DNA of 64,000 bases from Acidimicrobiia bacterium (GTDB lineage Bacteria > Actinomycetota > Acidimicrobiia > Acidimicrobiales > JANYDT01), in assembly GCA_031383405.1 (NCBI GenBank), contig JANMZO010000266.1, positions 262 through 64,261 of the forward strand. The letters are read 5' to 3'. The notes beneath the pieces were generated by a model that saw only the letters and a program-made list of their open reading frames with translations, searched no databases and was not told the DNA's origin. A program made the translations under genes and the position numbers. Shown piece after piece: positions 35,855 to 45,637 of the stretch; position 1 is the first letter of the stretch, and the number at the start of each line of letters is the position of its first letter.

Positions 35855-36709
35855 ATGAAATCCCGTTCCACGACCTTCGCTGCGTTCACGACCTTCCTGT
35901 TGATGTTCGCGTTCGGCTTCGCGGGGGCGTTCGCCGTGGTTCAGCATAGGAACAAGTCGTCCGACCCGGTGGTGGATAGGACCGATGGCGTCGTCGACTC
36001 GACCGTGTCCGACTCCACGATTCCGCTCGGTCTTGATTCCACGATCGCCGATTCGTCCCTTGCCGATACAACCCAGCCGCCGCCGGAATCGACGCCTCCG
36101 ACTCAGCCGAAGCCAACCGTCCCGCCCGCACGGTCCACTCCACCGCTCTCGACTGCGGGTGCGGTTCTCTCAGCGCCTGGTGCCCCCGAGCCGCGCCAGT
36201 TGAACGCCAACGACGTCTGCAGCAGCCTGGCCCGCACCGGCTCGGCCGACCTCTGCGACACCTTCACGATCGGTAATGCACAGTTTGCCTGGGTCTTCGA
36301 AGGGGGAGGGGAAGGGGTCGACCTGCTCGCCGCCGATGCTGACCTTCCGGATGTGTACACCGTCCAACTGCGGGCGAACAGCCTCCCGGCCCAGCCCCCC
36401 CGGATCGTCGATGTCACAGGCGACGGCCAAGCGGAGATGGTCCTCGGGTGGCGTGGTGAAGACGGACTGCTCCAGGTCGACATCGTCGAGGCCAGAGGTC
36501 GATCCCTCGTCGTCACCTTGCACCTGGAGTTGGTCGACGGACGGGTCTCAGCCGGTGGAGGTTCTCTCGATGTGTGGAACGGCATTCCGCAGAGCGGCGA
36601 CGATCCCACGAGCCCGAGCAGCTTCGATCGCTGGACCTACGAGAAGCGTGGCGGACGCTGGGTTGCCAGCGCCGAACGCGACGACAACCCGCCGAGTGGC
36701 CAGCTCTAG
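35855..36709 (+). CDS. hypothetical membrane-anchored protein with Pro/Thr-rich linker and FG-GAP/VCBS-like DVTGDGQAE motif
   Basis: N-terminal TM segment (FAAFTTFLLMFAFGFAGAFAVV) and a PT-rich spacer. No family recognised. Confidence 0.5.
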   Translation: MKSRSTTFAAFTTFLLMFAFGFAGAFAVVQHRNKSSDPVVDRTDGVVDSTVSDSTIPLGLDSTIADSSLADTTQPPPESTPPTQPKPTVPPARSTPPLSTAGAVLSAPGAPEPRQLNANDVCSSLARTGSADLCDTFTIGNAQFAWVFEGGGEGVDLLAADADLPDVYTVQLRANSLPAQPPRIVDVTGDGQAEMVLGWRGEDGLLQVDIVEARGRSLVVTLHLELVDGRVSAGGGSLDVWNGIPQSGDDPTSPSSFDRWTYEKRGGRWVASAERDDNPPSGQL

Positions 36710-36715
36710 CCCGGT

Positions 36716-36864
36716 GTGATCGTTCACGGTGTCGGCGCCTCGGTGGCCAGGTCCGTCTAGCAGCGGTGTCAGCCTTCGACGTGATCGTTCACCATGCGGG
36801 CGCCTCGGTGGGCCGGGTTCCGCCTAGCAGCGGTGACAGCCCTCGACGTGATCGTTCACCATGC
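36716..36864. repeat. ~65-67-bp unit in 2.3 tandem copies, where the unit contains the last ~14 codons and stop of tag
   Basis: Copies at 36716-36780, 36781-36847 and 36848-36864 (partial). gtgatcgttcac.. and ctagcagcggtg(t/a)cagcc(t/c)tcgac recur with a few mismatches. Confidence 0.88.
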
Positions 36865-37402
36865 CGGAGGACTGCATGAACGCATACATCGTCGTGGGGC
36901 CCACAAATCGAAATCCGCGCTTCCTCAGCTCTTTCGACATCGCCTTTGATTCGGCGGTTTCGGCATCGATCGGGTCCTCGGGGGTGAGGCCGGCCCGGCG
37001 GTCTGGCGGTGCGAACGACCAGACCAGTTCGTCGAGTGACTCGCCCCGCTCGATCATCGCTGCGGCGACCCGGGCGTTCGAGATCGCGGCGGCTATCTTG
37101 GCCCCGTTGCGAATCACACCCGGGTTGGCCATCAATCGGGCGATGTCATGGTCGCCGAACCCGGCGACCGTCTCGATGTCGAAATTGGCGAAGGCCGCCC
37201 GGAACGTCTCGCGTTTGCGCAGAATGGTGATCCAGGACAGGCCGGCCTGCATTCCTTCAAGCGTGATCTTTTCGAACACCCTGTTCTCCCCATGGAGCGT
37301 GACGCCCCATTCGGTGTCGTGATAGCGCTGGTACAGGTCGTCGTCGGCGCACCAGGAGCAGCGAACGACTCCGTCGGATCCCTGGTGGAGTCGTTGGTTC
37401 AT
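36824..37402 (-). CDS. tag: DNA-3-methyladenine glycosylase I
   Basis: CSWC..YHDTEWG, EGMQAGLSWITIL, and a C-terminal His/Cys Zn motif (NDHVEGCHRC). I chose MNQRLH at 37402. Confidence 0.88.
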   Translation of the reverse strand: MNQRLHQGSDGVVRCSWCADDDLYQRYHDTEWGVTLHGENRVFEKITLEGMQAGLSWITILRKRETFRAAFANFDIETVAGFGDHDIARLMANPGVIRNGAKIAAAISNARVAAAMIERGESLDELVWSFAPPDRRAGLTPEDPIDAETAESKAMSKELRKRGFRFVGPTTMYAFMQSSGMVNDHVEGCHRC

Positions 37403-37534
37403 CGCAAGATCCTCGCGCGCCCGGACGACCGACACTTTTTCATGCGACGCATCGGGGCGCTGAACACTAGAGTTCACGGTCGATACAGCGATGCCAGTCA
37501 TGGTGGGCGCATAGCCGCACGAAAGAGATCAGTT

Positions 37535-38422
37535 ATGGCCAGATTTGGTGAAGTTCTAACGGCAATGGTCACTCCCTTTGATGTGAACGGGGCCCTCGAC
37601 CTCGACGCCGCTCAGGTTCTGGCCAAGTGGCTGGTCGATCGGGGCAACGACGGCCTGGTTGTTGCCGGTACCACCGGAGAATCCCCGACCCTCACCGACC
37701 AGGAGCAGTTGGATCTCATCAAGGCTGTTTGTGAAGCGGTGACCGTTCCGGTGATCGCTGGCGCCGGATCGAACGACACGCCCCACGCCATCCATCTCAC
37801 CAAGGCCATGGCCGGGCTTGGCGCCGCGGGTGTTCTGACGGTTACTCCGTACTACAACCGTCCGTCACAGGTCGGTATCGCCAACCACTTCCGGGCCGTG
37901 GCTGCGTCGACCGAGCTTCCCGTGATCCTGTACGACATCCCGGTCCGGACCGGCCGAAAGATCGAGAACGCGACACTCTGGAATCTCGCGCGTGAAGTGT
38001 CGAACATCATCGCCGTGAAAGACGCGGCGAACGATGTTGCGTCAAGTGCCACCCTGATGGCCCATGCTCCCGCCGGGTTCGAATTGATCAGCGGCAACGA
38101 CAACCAGACCCTACCGCTGATGGCGATCGGGTGTACGGCCGTAATTGGCGTGGCCACCCACTGGTCGGGAATGGAGCACAAGGAGATGATCACGTCGTTC
38201 AAGAAAGGCGACGTCGACCATGCCCGTCGCGTCAACGCCCGGTTACTTGAGTCCTACGTGTTCGAAGGCAGCGATACGACTCCCAACCCGCAACCGTCGA
38301 AAGCCATGATGCGCACGCTCGGGCTGAAAGTCGGGTACTGCCGACCTCCGATGGATGGCGAGCCGAGCACGCTCGAAGACACCGCCCGTTCGGTATGGAG
38401 CAACCTACAGGCAAGCGCATGA
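37535..38422 (+). CDS. dapA: 4-hydroxy-tetrahydrodipicolinate synthase
   Basis: TAMVTPF..., GTTGESPTL, and YNRPSQ..HF motifs. ATG 37535. The track ORF N-terminus is antisense to tag. Confidence 0.92.
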   Translation: MARFGEVLTAMVTPFDVNGALDLDAAQVLAKWLVDRGNDGLVVAGTTGESPTLTDQEQLDLIKAVCEAVTVPVIAGAGSNDTPHAIHLTKAMAGLGAAGVLTVTPYYNRPSQVGIANHFRAVAASTELPVILYDIPVRTGRKIENATLWNLAREVSNIIAVKDAANDVASSATLMAHAPAGFELISGNDNQTLPLMAIGCTAVIGVATHWSGMEHKEMITSFKKGDVDHARRVNARLLESYVFEGSDTTPNPQPSKAMMRTLGLKVGYCRPPMDGEPSTLEDTARSVWSNLQASA

Positions 38423-40173
38423 CGCCGAGCGCCCGCAAAGGCGCGACGAAACCGGCCGGGGTGAAACCGGTTGCCCCCCTGGGTACTGCGGGTCGTACAA
38501 CCTCCGACTCTGCTGCTTCGCCGGTCCGCGTGATCTTCCTCGGCGGCCTCGGTGAGATCGGGCGAAACTGTACGGTCGTAGAAGTCGAAGGTCGCCTGAT
38601 GCTGATCGACGTCGGTCTCATGTTCCCCGAAGACGACATGCCCGGCATCGACCTGGTGTTGCCCGACTTCACCTTTCTGCGGGAGAACGCCGACCGGATC
38701 GAAGGGGCAATCCTCACCCACGGCCACGAGGACCATGTGGGCGGATTGTCGTATCTCCTGCGCGATGTTTCGTTTCCCCTGTTCGCCACGCAACTCACCT
38801 TGAACCTGGCCCGCGGCCGAATTGAAGAAGCGGGTCTCACCGGTCGCACGAGTTTCAATCCCGTCGCCGACGGCGAGCGGCGCAAAATCGGGCCATTCGA
38901 CGTCGAATTTATCCCCGTCGCCCACTCGGTGCCTGATTCCCTGGGAGTTGCGTTCCACACGCCGCAGGGCGTCATCTACCACACCGGTGATTTCAAGCTC
39001 GACCTGACGCCGATCGACGGCCGTATTACCGATCTTGCCCGTATCGGTGCTATCGGAAAGGATCCGGGAATTCGACTTCTGCTCTCAGACTCCACCAACG
39101 CCGAATCCGACGGGCATACCGAGTCGGAAAAAGTCATCGGCAAGAACCTGTCCAACATCATCCGCGACAACTCGGGGAAGCGTTTGATCGTCGGCTGTTT
39201 CGCCTCGCATATCCACCGGGTCCAGCAGGTAATTGAGGCCGGTGTGGCTTCGGGCCGAAAGGTCACGACGTTGGGTCGATCGATGCGTCGCAACATTCAG
39301 ATCGCGCGTGAAATGGGTAAGCTCACCGTCCGCGACGAGGACCTCTTCGACATCGAGAAGCTCGGGGATCACGATCCGAGCAGGGTGCTGATTCTTTCAA
39401 CCGGTTCGCAGGGCGAACCGATGTCGGCCCTGTCCCTGATGGCGGCGGGAGAGAACCGGTTCGTGAAGATCGGTCCCAACGACACCGTTCTGCTGTCCTC
39501 CCATGCGATTCCCGGCAACGAAACCAGTGTCGGTCGGGTAATCGACGGTCTGACCCGCCTCGGGGCCGACGTGATCCATTCGGGTCTCGCCAAGATTCAC
39601 GTATCCGGCCACGCCAAGCGCGAGGAGTTGAAAACGCTGCTCTCCGTCGCCAAACCGAAATATTTCATTCCGATCCACGGAGAATACCGTCATCTCACGC
39701 ATCACACGCGACTGGCCATGGACATGGGCGTTTCGCCGTCAAACATCTTGCTGTGTGAAGATGGCGACAGCGTGGTGCTGACCGAGGCGGGTATCGACTT
39801 CGGTGACACCGTCCCTGCGGGCTTCCTTTACGTCGACGGCATCGTCGGCGACGTCGGGCAGGGAGTCCTGCGTGACCGCAAGGTGCTCTCCAACGAAGGT
39901 GTGGTGGTGGTGATCGTGACCGTCGATGAACAGGGTGGTGAGATCGTCACCGGCCCCGAAATCATTACCCGCGGGTGGGTCTACGCCCCGGAGGCGGAAA
40001 CGCTCCTCGGCGAAGCGACAGAAGTTATCCGCAAGAAGTTGCTCGACGCGATGGGTGACGGCGGTACCGACATCGAGTCGATGAAACGCACTGTTCGTCA
40101 GGCCACCGGCAAATTCGTAAGTGAACGAACGAAGCGTCGGCCGATGATCGTTCCGGTCATTATCGAGGTCTGA
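38419..40173 (+). CDS. rnj: ribonuclease J
   Basis: Metallo-beta-lactamase/beta-CASP protein with HGHEDHVGG. ATGA overlap with dapA. The dapA-rnj pairing is conserved in Actinomycetota. Confidence 0.92.
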   Translation: MTPSARKGATKPAGVKPVAPLGTAGRTTSDSAASPVRVIFLGGLGEIGRNCTVVEVEGRLMLIDVGLMFPEDDMPGIDLVLPDFTFLRENADRIEGAILTHGHEDHVGGLSYLLRDVSFPLFATQLTLNLARGRIEEAGLTGRTSFNPVADGERRKIGPFDVEFIPVAHSVPDSLGVAFHTPQGVIYHTGDFKLDLTPIDGRITDLARIGAIGKDPGIRLLLSDSTNAESDGHTESEKVIGKNLSNIIRDNSGKRLIVGCFASHIHRVQQVIEAGVASGRKVTTLGRSMRRNIQIAREMGKLTVRDEDLFDIEKLGDHDPSRVLILSTGSQGEPMSALSLMAAGENRFVKIGPNDTVLLSSHAIPGNETSVGRVIDGLTRLGADVIHSGLAKIHVSGHAKREELKTLLSVAKPKYFIPIHGEYRHLTHHTRLAMDMGVSPSNILLCEDGDSVVLTEAGIDFGDTVPAGFLYVDGIVGDVGQGVLRDRKVLSNEGVVVVIVTVDEQGGEIVTGPEIITRGWVYAPEAETLLGEATEVIRKKLLDAMGDGGTDIESMKRTVRQATGKFVSERTKRRPMIVPVIIEV

Positions 40174-40189
40174 AGCCTCGCGGCCGTGC

Positions 40190-40813
40190 TCAGGCCGCTG
40201 TCGCGTTCCTCGGAAACAGGAGTGGCCTCACGTGGGCCGTGCCGCCCCGGTACTGGCTGGCCATCGGGAGAAAGCGTTCGGCTACCTCGGCGTGGGTGAC
40301 CTTACCGCTCCGGACGGCTCGGCGAAGGAGATCCTCGGCCCGACCCGGTCGCGCGTCGATCATGAGCAGGTCCACGGTGGTACGGACGGGCGTGGTGACC
40401 ACAGCCCCGCTGTCGAGCGTCATGACGTCTTCGGCGCGGAGGTCCGATCGACGCGTCACGATGGCCAGGGGATTGGGGTGACGGTCACCGCGTGACGCGA
40501 TGACCTGGGGAAGACCACGTCGTTCAAAGCCGGGGAAGCCGTGCAACGCGGCGGCGGTGACATGGGAGAGCGCCGACGGGTAGCGACGATCCGCGCTGGC
40601 CAACCAGGCGCCGATACACATGCGCTCCCATGTGGGCTCCGTGAAGGGAAGGACGTACACACTCCGGCAGAGAGGAATAAAGCGGGCGAGGTTCACGCGC
40701 CGATCTATCTGTCGCTCCGTATATCCGAGCCCGATCAACTGCCAACGGGCGATCACCCCGTGTTGTGTTGACATGAGACTAGCGAATAACTCATCAATAA
40801 TCATGAAATACAT
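40190..40813 (-). CDS. AbiEi_4-like (type IV TA antitoxin-type N-terminal wHTH) domain protein, no partner
   Basis: HGVIARWQLIGLGYTERQIDRRVNLARFIPLCRSVYVL resembles the AbiEi/DUF559-associated N-terminal domain common in actinobacteria. Alternative start at 40774 (MSTQHG). Confidence 0.5.
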   Translation of the reverse strand: MYFMIIDELFASLMSTQHGVIARWQLIGLGYTERQIDRRVNLARFIPLCRSVYVLPFTEPTWERMCIGAWLASADRRYPSALSHVTAAALHGFPGFERRGLPQVIASRGDRHPNPLAIVTRRSDLRAEDVMTLDSGAVVTTPVRTTVDLLMIDARPGRAEDLLRRAVRSGKVTHAEVAERFLPMASQYRGGTAHVRPLLFPRNATAA

Positions 40814-40901
40814 TCAAATATATGGAAACCCACGCGTCAAGCGGTCGTTGCATTCGGGTGCAGCTTGCGAATGATGTCGTCCTGCTACGGTTGTTTGCAC
40901 T

Positions 40902-43781
40902 GTGCCTTCCTCCCAGCGGCCTTCCCCTCGCTCGGGCGGTACGAGGGCTTCGGCATCTCGTGCACGCTCAGCTTCTGCCAAGCGGGCTCCGTCGCGAGCG
41001 CGCGCGACCCGTCCCTCGGTTGTGTCCGGTGTCCGGAGGTTTTTCGCTCGACACCTCGGCAGCCAATCCGACGACGTGTGGGGTCTGGTCCTGGTGGTCA
41101 TCGGGCTTCTCGCCGGACTCGGCATGGGACTCAACCTCACGGGTCCGTTCGGGCGACTCGTGCGAGACGCCACCGGAGCGTCCCTCGGCACGGCGAAGTT
41201 CCTGGTTCCGGTTGCGCTTGTCGCGATTGGATGGAGCATGATCCGGGGTCGGGTGTACAAAGAACCGATTCCGGTTGGAATCGGCTCCGCCTTTTTGATC
41301 GTAGCGGCGACCGGATTGTTTCACCTCCGCAACGGATCACTCCCGTGGGGTACCCCGGTTGTTCGTCTCCGCTCCGGTGGCGGGTTGCTGGGGCTGGTCG
41401 TGGCCGAGCCCCTGCAGAAGGTCATCGCCACGTGGGGTTCAGTCCTCGTCCTCGGCGTATTGGCAGTGATAGGCCTACTTATCTTTGCCCGGCTCGGAAT
41501 CCGCGAAGCGGTCGACCGCACGGCGACGCGTGTGGCGCCCGTGGGGGGTGCAGCGGGTCGTGGCCTCCGCTCCTTGTTCTCATTGGGCGATGAGGAGGAG
41601 GAGATCGATGAGATGGCCGACGCGCCGCTGAATGAAAGCTCTCGATCGAAGCGCATCAATCGGCCGGCCCGGTTCTCGAAGGCGCTCGTCGCGGCAGGCG
41701 CCGTCGCGCAAGCACCGGGTCGCCGGCCGACGGCGCCGCCGCTGCGGACCGAGCGGCGGTCGTTCCACTACGCCCTCCCGGAGTACGACGATATCGAACC
41801 TTATCCCGACGGTTCGGCCACCGGCACCTACGACCGAGGGTTCGGAGACCACGACCGCGACGGTGCAGAACTCATCAACCTGGTCGCCGACGCCAAGCCC
41901 AAGAAGAAGCGGGCCCGAAAAGGAAAGGTCGTCGACGGCGACGCGAAAGGTTGGCTCGGCGACGACCGGCGTCTCGACACGGTCGACCTCGCCGCCGCAG
42001 ACGCCGCCGCGGCCGCAGCAGCGGCAGTCCGCGGTCGCGTGAAGATAACCTTCCCGCCTGAACCGGTATGGACCGAGGAACAGCCCACGGCGGAGTCGGT
42101 TCCTTTGCCGGGTCTGGACCCCCGGAAACCCGCCATTGTCTGGAAGCTGCCGCCCCGCTCGATTCTGAAGAAGGGCAAGGCGGTGGAGATTGACAGGCGC
42201 GCGGTTGAATCGCTTGGTCGCATCCTCGAAGAAGCGCTCGCCGCTCACGGCGTGGAAACCCGCCTGGTCGGTATGACCGTCGGGCCGACCGTTACGCGCT
42301 TTGAACTGGAGCTCGCCCCCGGTGTGAAGGTCGCGAAGGTTACGGTTCTGCAAAAAGACATCGCATATGCGATGGCCACCGCCGATGTCCGGATCCTGGC
42401 ACCGATCCCCGGCAAGTCGGCCATCGGTGTCGAGGTACCGAACCGGCAGCGCCAACTTGTGGCGGTCGGCGACGTGCTCAACACCCCGGATGCAAAGGCA
42501 TTCCCCGGGCCGCTGAGTGTGGCGATCGGTCGCGACATCGACGGCAAGCCGGTAATGGTCGACCTGGCGAAGATGCCCCATGTTCTGGTGGCCGGTACGA
42601 CGGGTTCCGGCAAGTCGAGCTGCATCAACTCGTTGCTCACCTCGATCCTCATGCGGTCTACGCCGGAGGAGGTTCGCATGATTCTGATCGACCCGAAGAT
42701 GGTCGAACTCAGTCAGTACAACGGGCTTCCGCATCTCCTCACGCAGGTCGTCACCAATCCGAAGAAGGCGGCCAGCGCACTGCAGTGGGCCGTCGACGAG
42801 ATGGAGCGCCGCTACGAGCTGTTGGCCAAGCTTGGCTTCCGCGATGTGACCGGATACAACGCGGCATGCGAACGTGGTGACCTGCTCGATCCCTACGCGA
42901 ACGACCCGGCCGGTGGCATTGGACTTCCGCCCGCACCGTTCTACGAGAAGATGAGTTTCATTCTCATCGTCGTCGACGAGCTCGCCGATCTCATGATGGT
43001 CGCGGCCCGCGACGTCGAAGAGTCCATATGTCGCATAGCTCAGAAGGCCCGCGCCGTCGGCATCCATCTGGTGATTGCGACCCAGCGACCGAGCGTGAAC
43101 GTGATCACCGGGTTGATTAAAGCCAACGTCCCCTCACGCTTCGCCTTTGCCGTAAGCTCACTTACTGATTCGCGGGTCATCATCGACCAACCCGGTGCCG
43201 AAAAGCTGATCGGGCAGGGCGACATGCTGATGCTCACCGTGTCATCCAACGTGCCTCACCGCGTACAGGGCAACTTCGTCAGCGAAGAGGAAATTCGCGC
43301 CGTGGTGTCGTTCTGGCGCAAACAGAACGAGAACGTAATCCAGTCCCTGCCCGGGGTGAAAGAAGCCGCCGAACCCGGCACCCGCGAAGCGTCGAGCGGG
43401 TTTGTCGACTTCTCCTCCGACGGCGGAGTAGAGCGAATTGAATCCGCCACCCCGAAGATGATCGGCGGTACGCAGGGGGCCTTTGTCTACGGCGGGGTCG
43501 AAGAGCTCTCGGGCAGGTCGGGTGGCAGCAGCCTGTTCGGCGATGATGACGATGGCGACTCCGACGACATGCTCGACGCGGCGATGGAACTCGTCGTGCG
43601 CTCACAACTGGGATCCACCTCAATGTTGCAGCGCAAGCTCCGGGTCGGCTTTTCCCGTGCCGGTCGCATCATGGACCTGCTCGAGAACAAGGGCATCGTC
43701 GGACCGTCGACGGGATCCAAGGCCCGTGAAGTTCTCATGACGGTCGAAGAACTGGAAGCGCTGATCAAGCGTCGCGGCTGA
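40902..43781 (+). CDS. ftsK: DNA translocase FtsK/SpoIIIE
   Basis: N-terminal TM segments, long linker, a single motor domain (Walker A GTTGSGKS) and a gamma wHTH (SMLQRKLRVGFSRAGRIMDLLE). Confidence 0.9.
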   Translation: MPSSQRPSPRSGGTRASASRARSASAKRAPSRARATRPSVVSGVRRFFARHLGSQSDDVWGLVLVVIGLLAGLGMGLNLTGPFGRLVRDATGASLGTAKFLVPVALVAIGWSMIRGRVYKEPIPVGIGSAFLIVAATGLFHLRNGSLPWGTPVVRLRSGGGLLGLVVAEPLQKVIATWGSVLVLGVLAVIGLLIFARLGIREAVDRTATRVAPVGGAAGRGLRSLFSLGDEEEEIDEMADAPLNESSRSKRINRPARFSKALVAAGAVAQAPGRRPTAPPLRTERRSFHYALPEYDDIEPYPDGSATGTYDRGFGDHDRDGAELINLVADAKPKKKRARKGKVVDGDAKGWLGDDRRLDTVDLAAADAAAAAAAAVRGRVKITFPPEPVWTEEQPTAESVPLPGLDPRKPAIVWKLPPRSILKKGKAVEIDRRAVESLGRILEEALAAHGVETRLVGMTVGPTVTRFELELAPGVKVAKVTVLQKDIAYAMATADVRILAPIPGKSAIGVEVPNRQRQLVAVGDVLNTPDAKAFPGPLSVAIGRDIDGKPVMVDLAKMPHVLVAGTTGSGKSSCINSLLTSILMRSTPEEVRMILIDPKMVELSQYNGLPHLLTQVVTNPKKAASALQWAVDEMERRYELLAKLGFRDVTGYNAACERGDLLDPYANDPAGGIGLPPAPFYEKMSFILIVVDELADLMMVAARDVEESICRIAQKARAVGIHLVIATQRPSVNVITGLIKANVPSRFAFAVSSLTDSRVIIDQPGAEKLIGQGDMLMLTVSSNVPHRVQGNFVSEEEIRAVVSFWRKQNENVIQSLPGVKEAAEPGTREASSGFVDFSSDGGVERIESATPKMIGGTQGAFVYGGVEELSGRSGGSSLFGDDDDGDSDDMLDAAMELVVRSQLGSTSMLQRKLRVGFSRAGRIMDLLENKGIVGPSTGSKAREVLMTVEELEALIKRRG

Positions 43782-43915
43782 GCGGGCACTGCCCGAACCG
43801 ACCTGGACCCGGCGACACCTGTCGCCCAACTGACCGGGCGCCCCTCCCCAACTCGACATCTGCTGCGTGGCCCTGGTCGGGGATTTGCCGGGTTGGGGAC
43901 GGCTGGGGACCATGG

Positions 43916-45469
43916 TCAAATTTCAGCTGCGCCGGCCAATTCGCTTTTCACAACCTTTCCGAGGGCGTTGCGCGGGAGCGCGTCGAGGAAACGGATGGAG
44001 CGTGGTTGTTTGAAGCGGGCCAGATGAGCCGCGGCATGATCGAGGATGCTCTGCTCCAATTCGGCGGTCGCCCCGGAACCTTGAGCCGCCACGACGTACG
44101 CAACCACCGTCTCTCCCCATTGTGGATCGGGCATACCGGCTACCGCGCATTCGGACACTGACGGGTGCAGCCGCAATGCCTCTTCGACTTCTCGGGGGTA
44201 CACGTTGAAGCCGCCCGTGATGATCAGGTCCTTGGAACGACCGACGATCCTCAGGTACCCGTCAGGGTCGAACTGACCGATGTCACCGGTGAGAAACCAT
44301 CCGTCGTCGTCGAAGGCCGCCTCGGTTGCTTTCGGGTTCTCCCAGTATGTGCGCATAATATTTGGGCCGCGCAGTAAAATCTCTCCGGGCTCACTGACGG
44401 ATGCATCGGGGTCTCCGGCGAGTCGTACTTCCACGCCGGGAAGCGCCAGGCCGACGGACCCGGCCCGACGGTCACCGTCGTAGGGGTTCGAAACGTTCAT
44501 GATCGTCTCGGTCATGCCGTAACGCTCAACAATCGTCTGGTGGCCGTTCGTACCAAGCGCTCTGAACACGTCGGGGGCGAGGGGTGCCGAACCCGAGACG
44601 CACAATCGGAGGGTGCTCAACTCACCGACCCGGGCCGACTCGGCGAAACGAATCCACATCGTCGGTACGCCGAACAGCAGAGTCGCCCGTTCAGATCGCA
44701 CGACGTCGAGTATTGCGTCGACATCGAAACGGGGGACGATCACCGCGCTGGCACCGGCCAACAAGGTGCCGTGGATGCCGACGCCGAGCCCGTGCATGTG
44801 GAACAGCGGGAGGGCCAGAACCAACCGATCCCCGGAGGTCCAACGCCACGCGATCCGAAGTGCTTCCGCGCTGGCGAGGATGTTGCCGTGGCTCAAGACC
44901 ACTCCCTTGGGCTTGCCGGTCGTGCCGGAGGTGAACATCAGCATCGCTGGTTCGTCGGTGTCGGCCTGATCGAGCGAATGGTCACCGAGCCTCGGAGCCG
45001 TGTTCGCCTCGTCGACCAACGCTCCGGGTGTGGCCGAGTTGGTGAGCGGAAGCCTGCTCTGGTCATCGAGTACGGCGAATCCCGGGCGCGCCTGCTCGGC
45101 CACCGCGCTGACCTCTGATGCGGTGTACGCCGTGTTGACCGGCACGACGATTGCCCCGAGACGCAGCGCAGCAATATGGGCCAGGACCAGTTCGACCGAG
45201 GGCGGCGAACTCATGAGAACGCGGTCGCCCTTGCGGATGCCGCTGTGGGCGAACGTTCCGGCGATGCGGGCGGTCAGATTGAGCAAGTCCGAGCCCGTGA
45301 ACCACGAGCCACCGGGCGACAGTAGGGTCGGTGCATCCGGCCGGGCCCGCCAGTTGGCGGCCCATGCCCGGGGAAGCGAGCCGGCGGCGACGAGTTCCTC
45401 GGGTCGGCCGGTGAAGCCATGCCGGCTCCAGGCCTCGGTGTCACGTAGTGGACCTACACGCTGCGTCAT
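43916..45469 (-). CDS. AMP-dependent synthetase/ligase (acyl-CoA synthetase family)
   Basis: AMP-binding motif ([13 protein letters not shown]), plus TGD and the adenylate-forming C-terminal Lys motif (NALGKVVK). Confidence 0.85.
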   Translation of the reverse strand: MTQRVGPLRDTEAWSRHGFTGRPEELVAAGSLPRAWAANWRARPDAPTLLSPGGSWFTGSDLLNLTARIAGTFAHSGIRKGDRVLMSSPPSVELVLAHIAALRLGAIVVPVNTAYTASEVSAVAEQARPGFAVLDDQSRLPLTNSATPGALVDEANTAPRLGDHSLDQADTDEPAMLMFTSGTTGKPKGVVLSHGNILASAEALRIAWRWTSGDRLVLALPLFHMHGLGVGIHGTLLAGASAVIVPRFDVDAILDVVRSERATLLFGVPTMWIRFAESARVGELSTLRLCVSGSAPLAPDVFRALGTNGHQTIVERYGMTETIMNVSNPYDGDRRAGSVGLALPGVEVRLAGDPDASVSEPGEILLRGPNIMRTYWENPKATEAAFDDDGWFLTGDIGQFDPDGYLRIVGRSKDLIITGGFNVYPREVEEALRLHPSVSECAVAGMPDPQWGETVVAYVVAAQGSGATAELEQSILDHAAAHLARFKQPRSIRFLDALPRNALGKVVKSELAGAAEI

Positions 45470-45637
45470 GACGCGATCGTACTTAGCTCAGGGAGGCGCG
45501 AGCCTGCCTCAGGGGTTGGGGATGCAAGCTCGGCGTTGAAGGAAGCAATTCACGGTGAAGTTCAGCTTGTCTTGCACTTGTCCTATCGGCCGGTAGGCTG
45601 GGCTTATCCGGTCCCCCGCCCTCGAAGGAGTCCCCAC

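Noticed and set aside
40902-43781. FtsK/SpoIIIE gene as the type VII secretion ATPase partner of the WXG100-like gene.
   Set aside because: It has a single motor domain plus a gamma wHTH (SMLQRKLRVGFSRAGRIMDLLE) and N-terminal TM segments, which is housekeeping FtsK architecture. EccC/EssC proteins have 2-3 ATPase domains. It is also 37 kb away.
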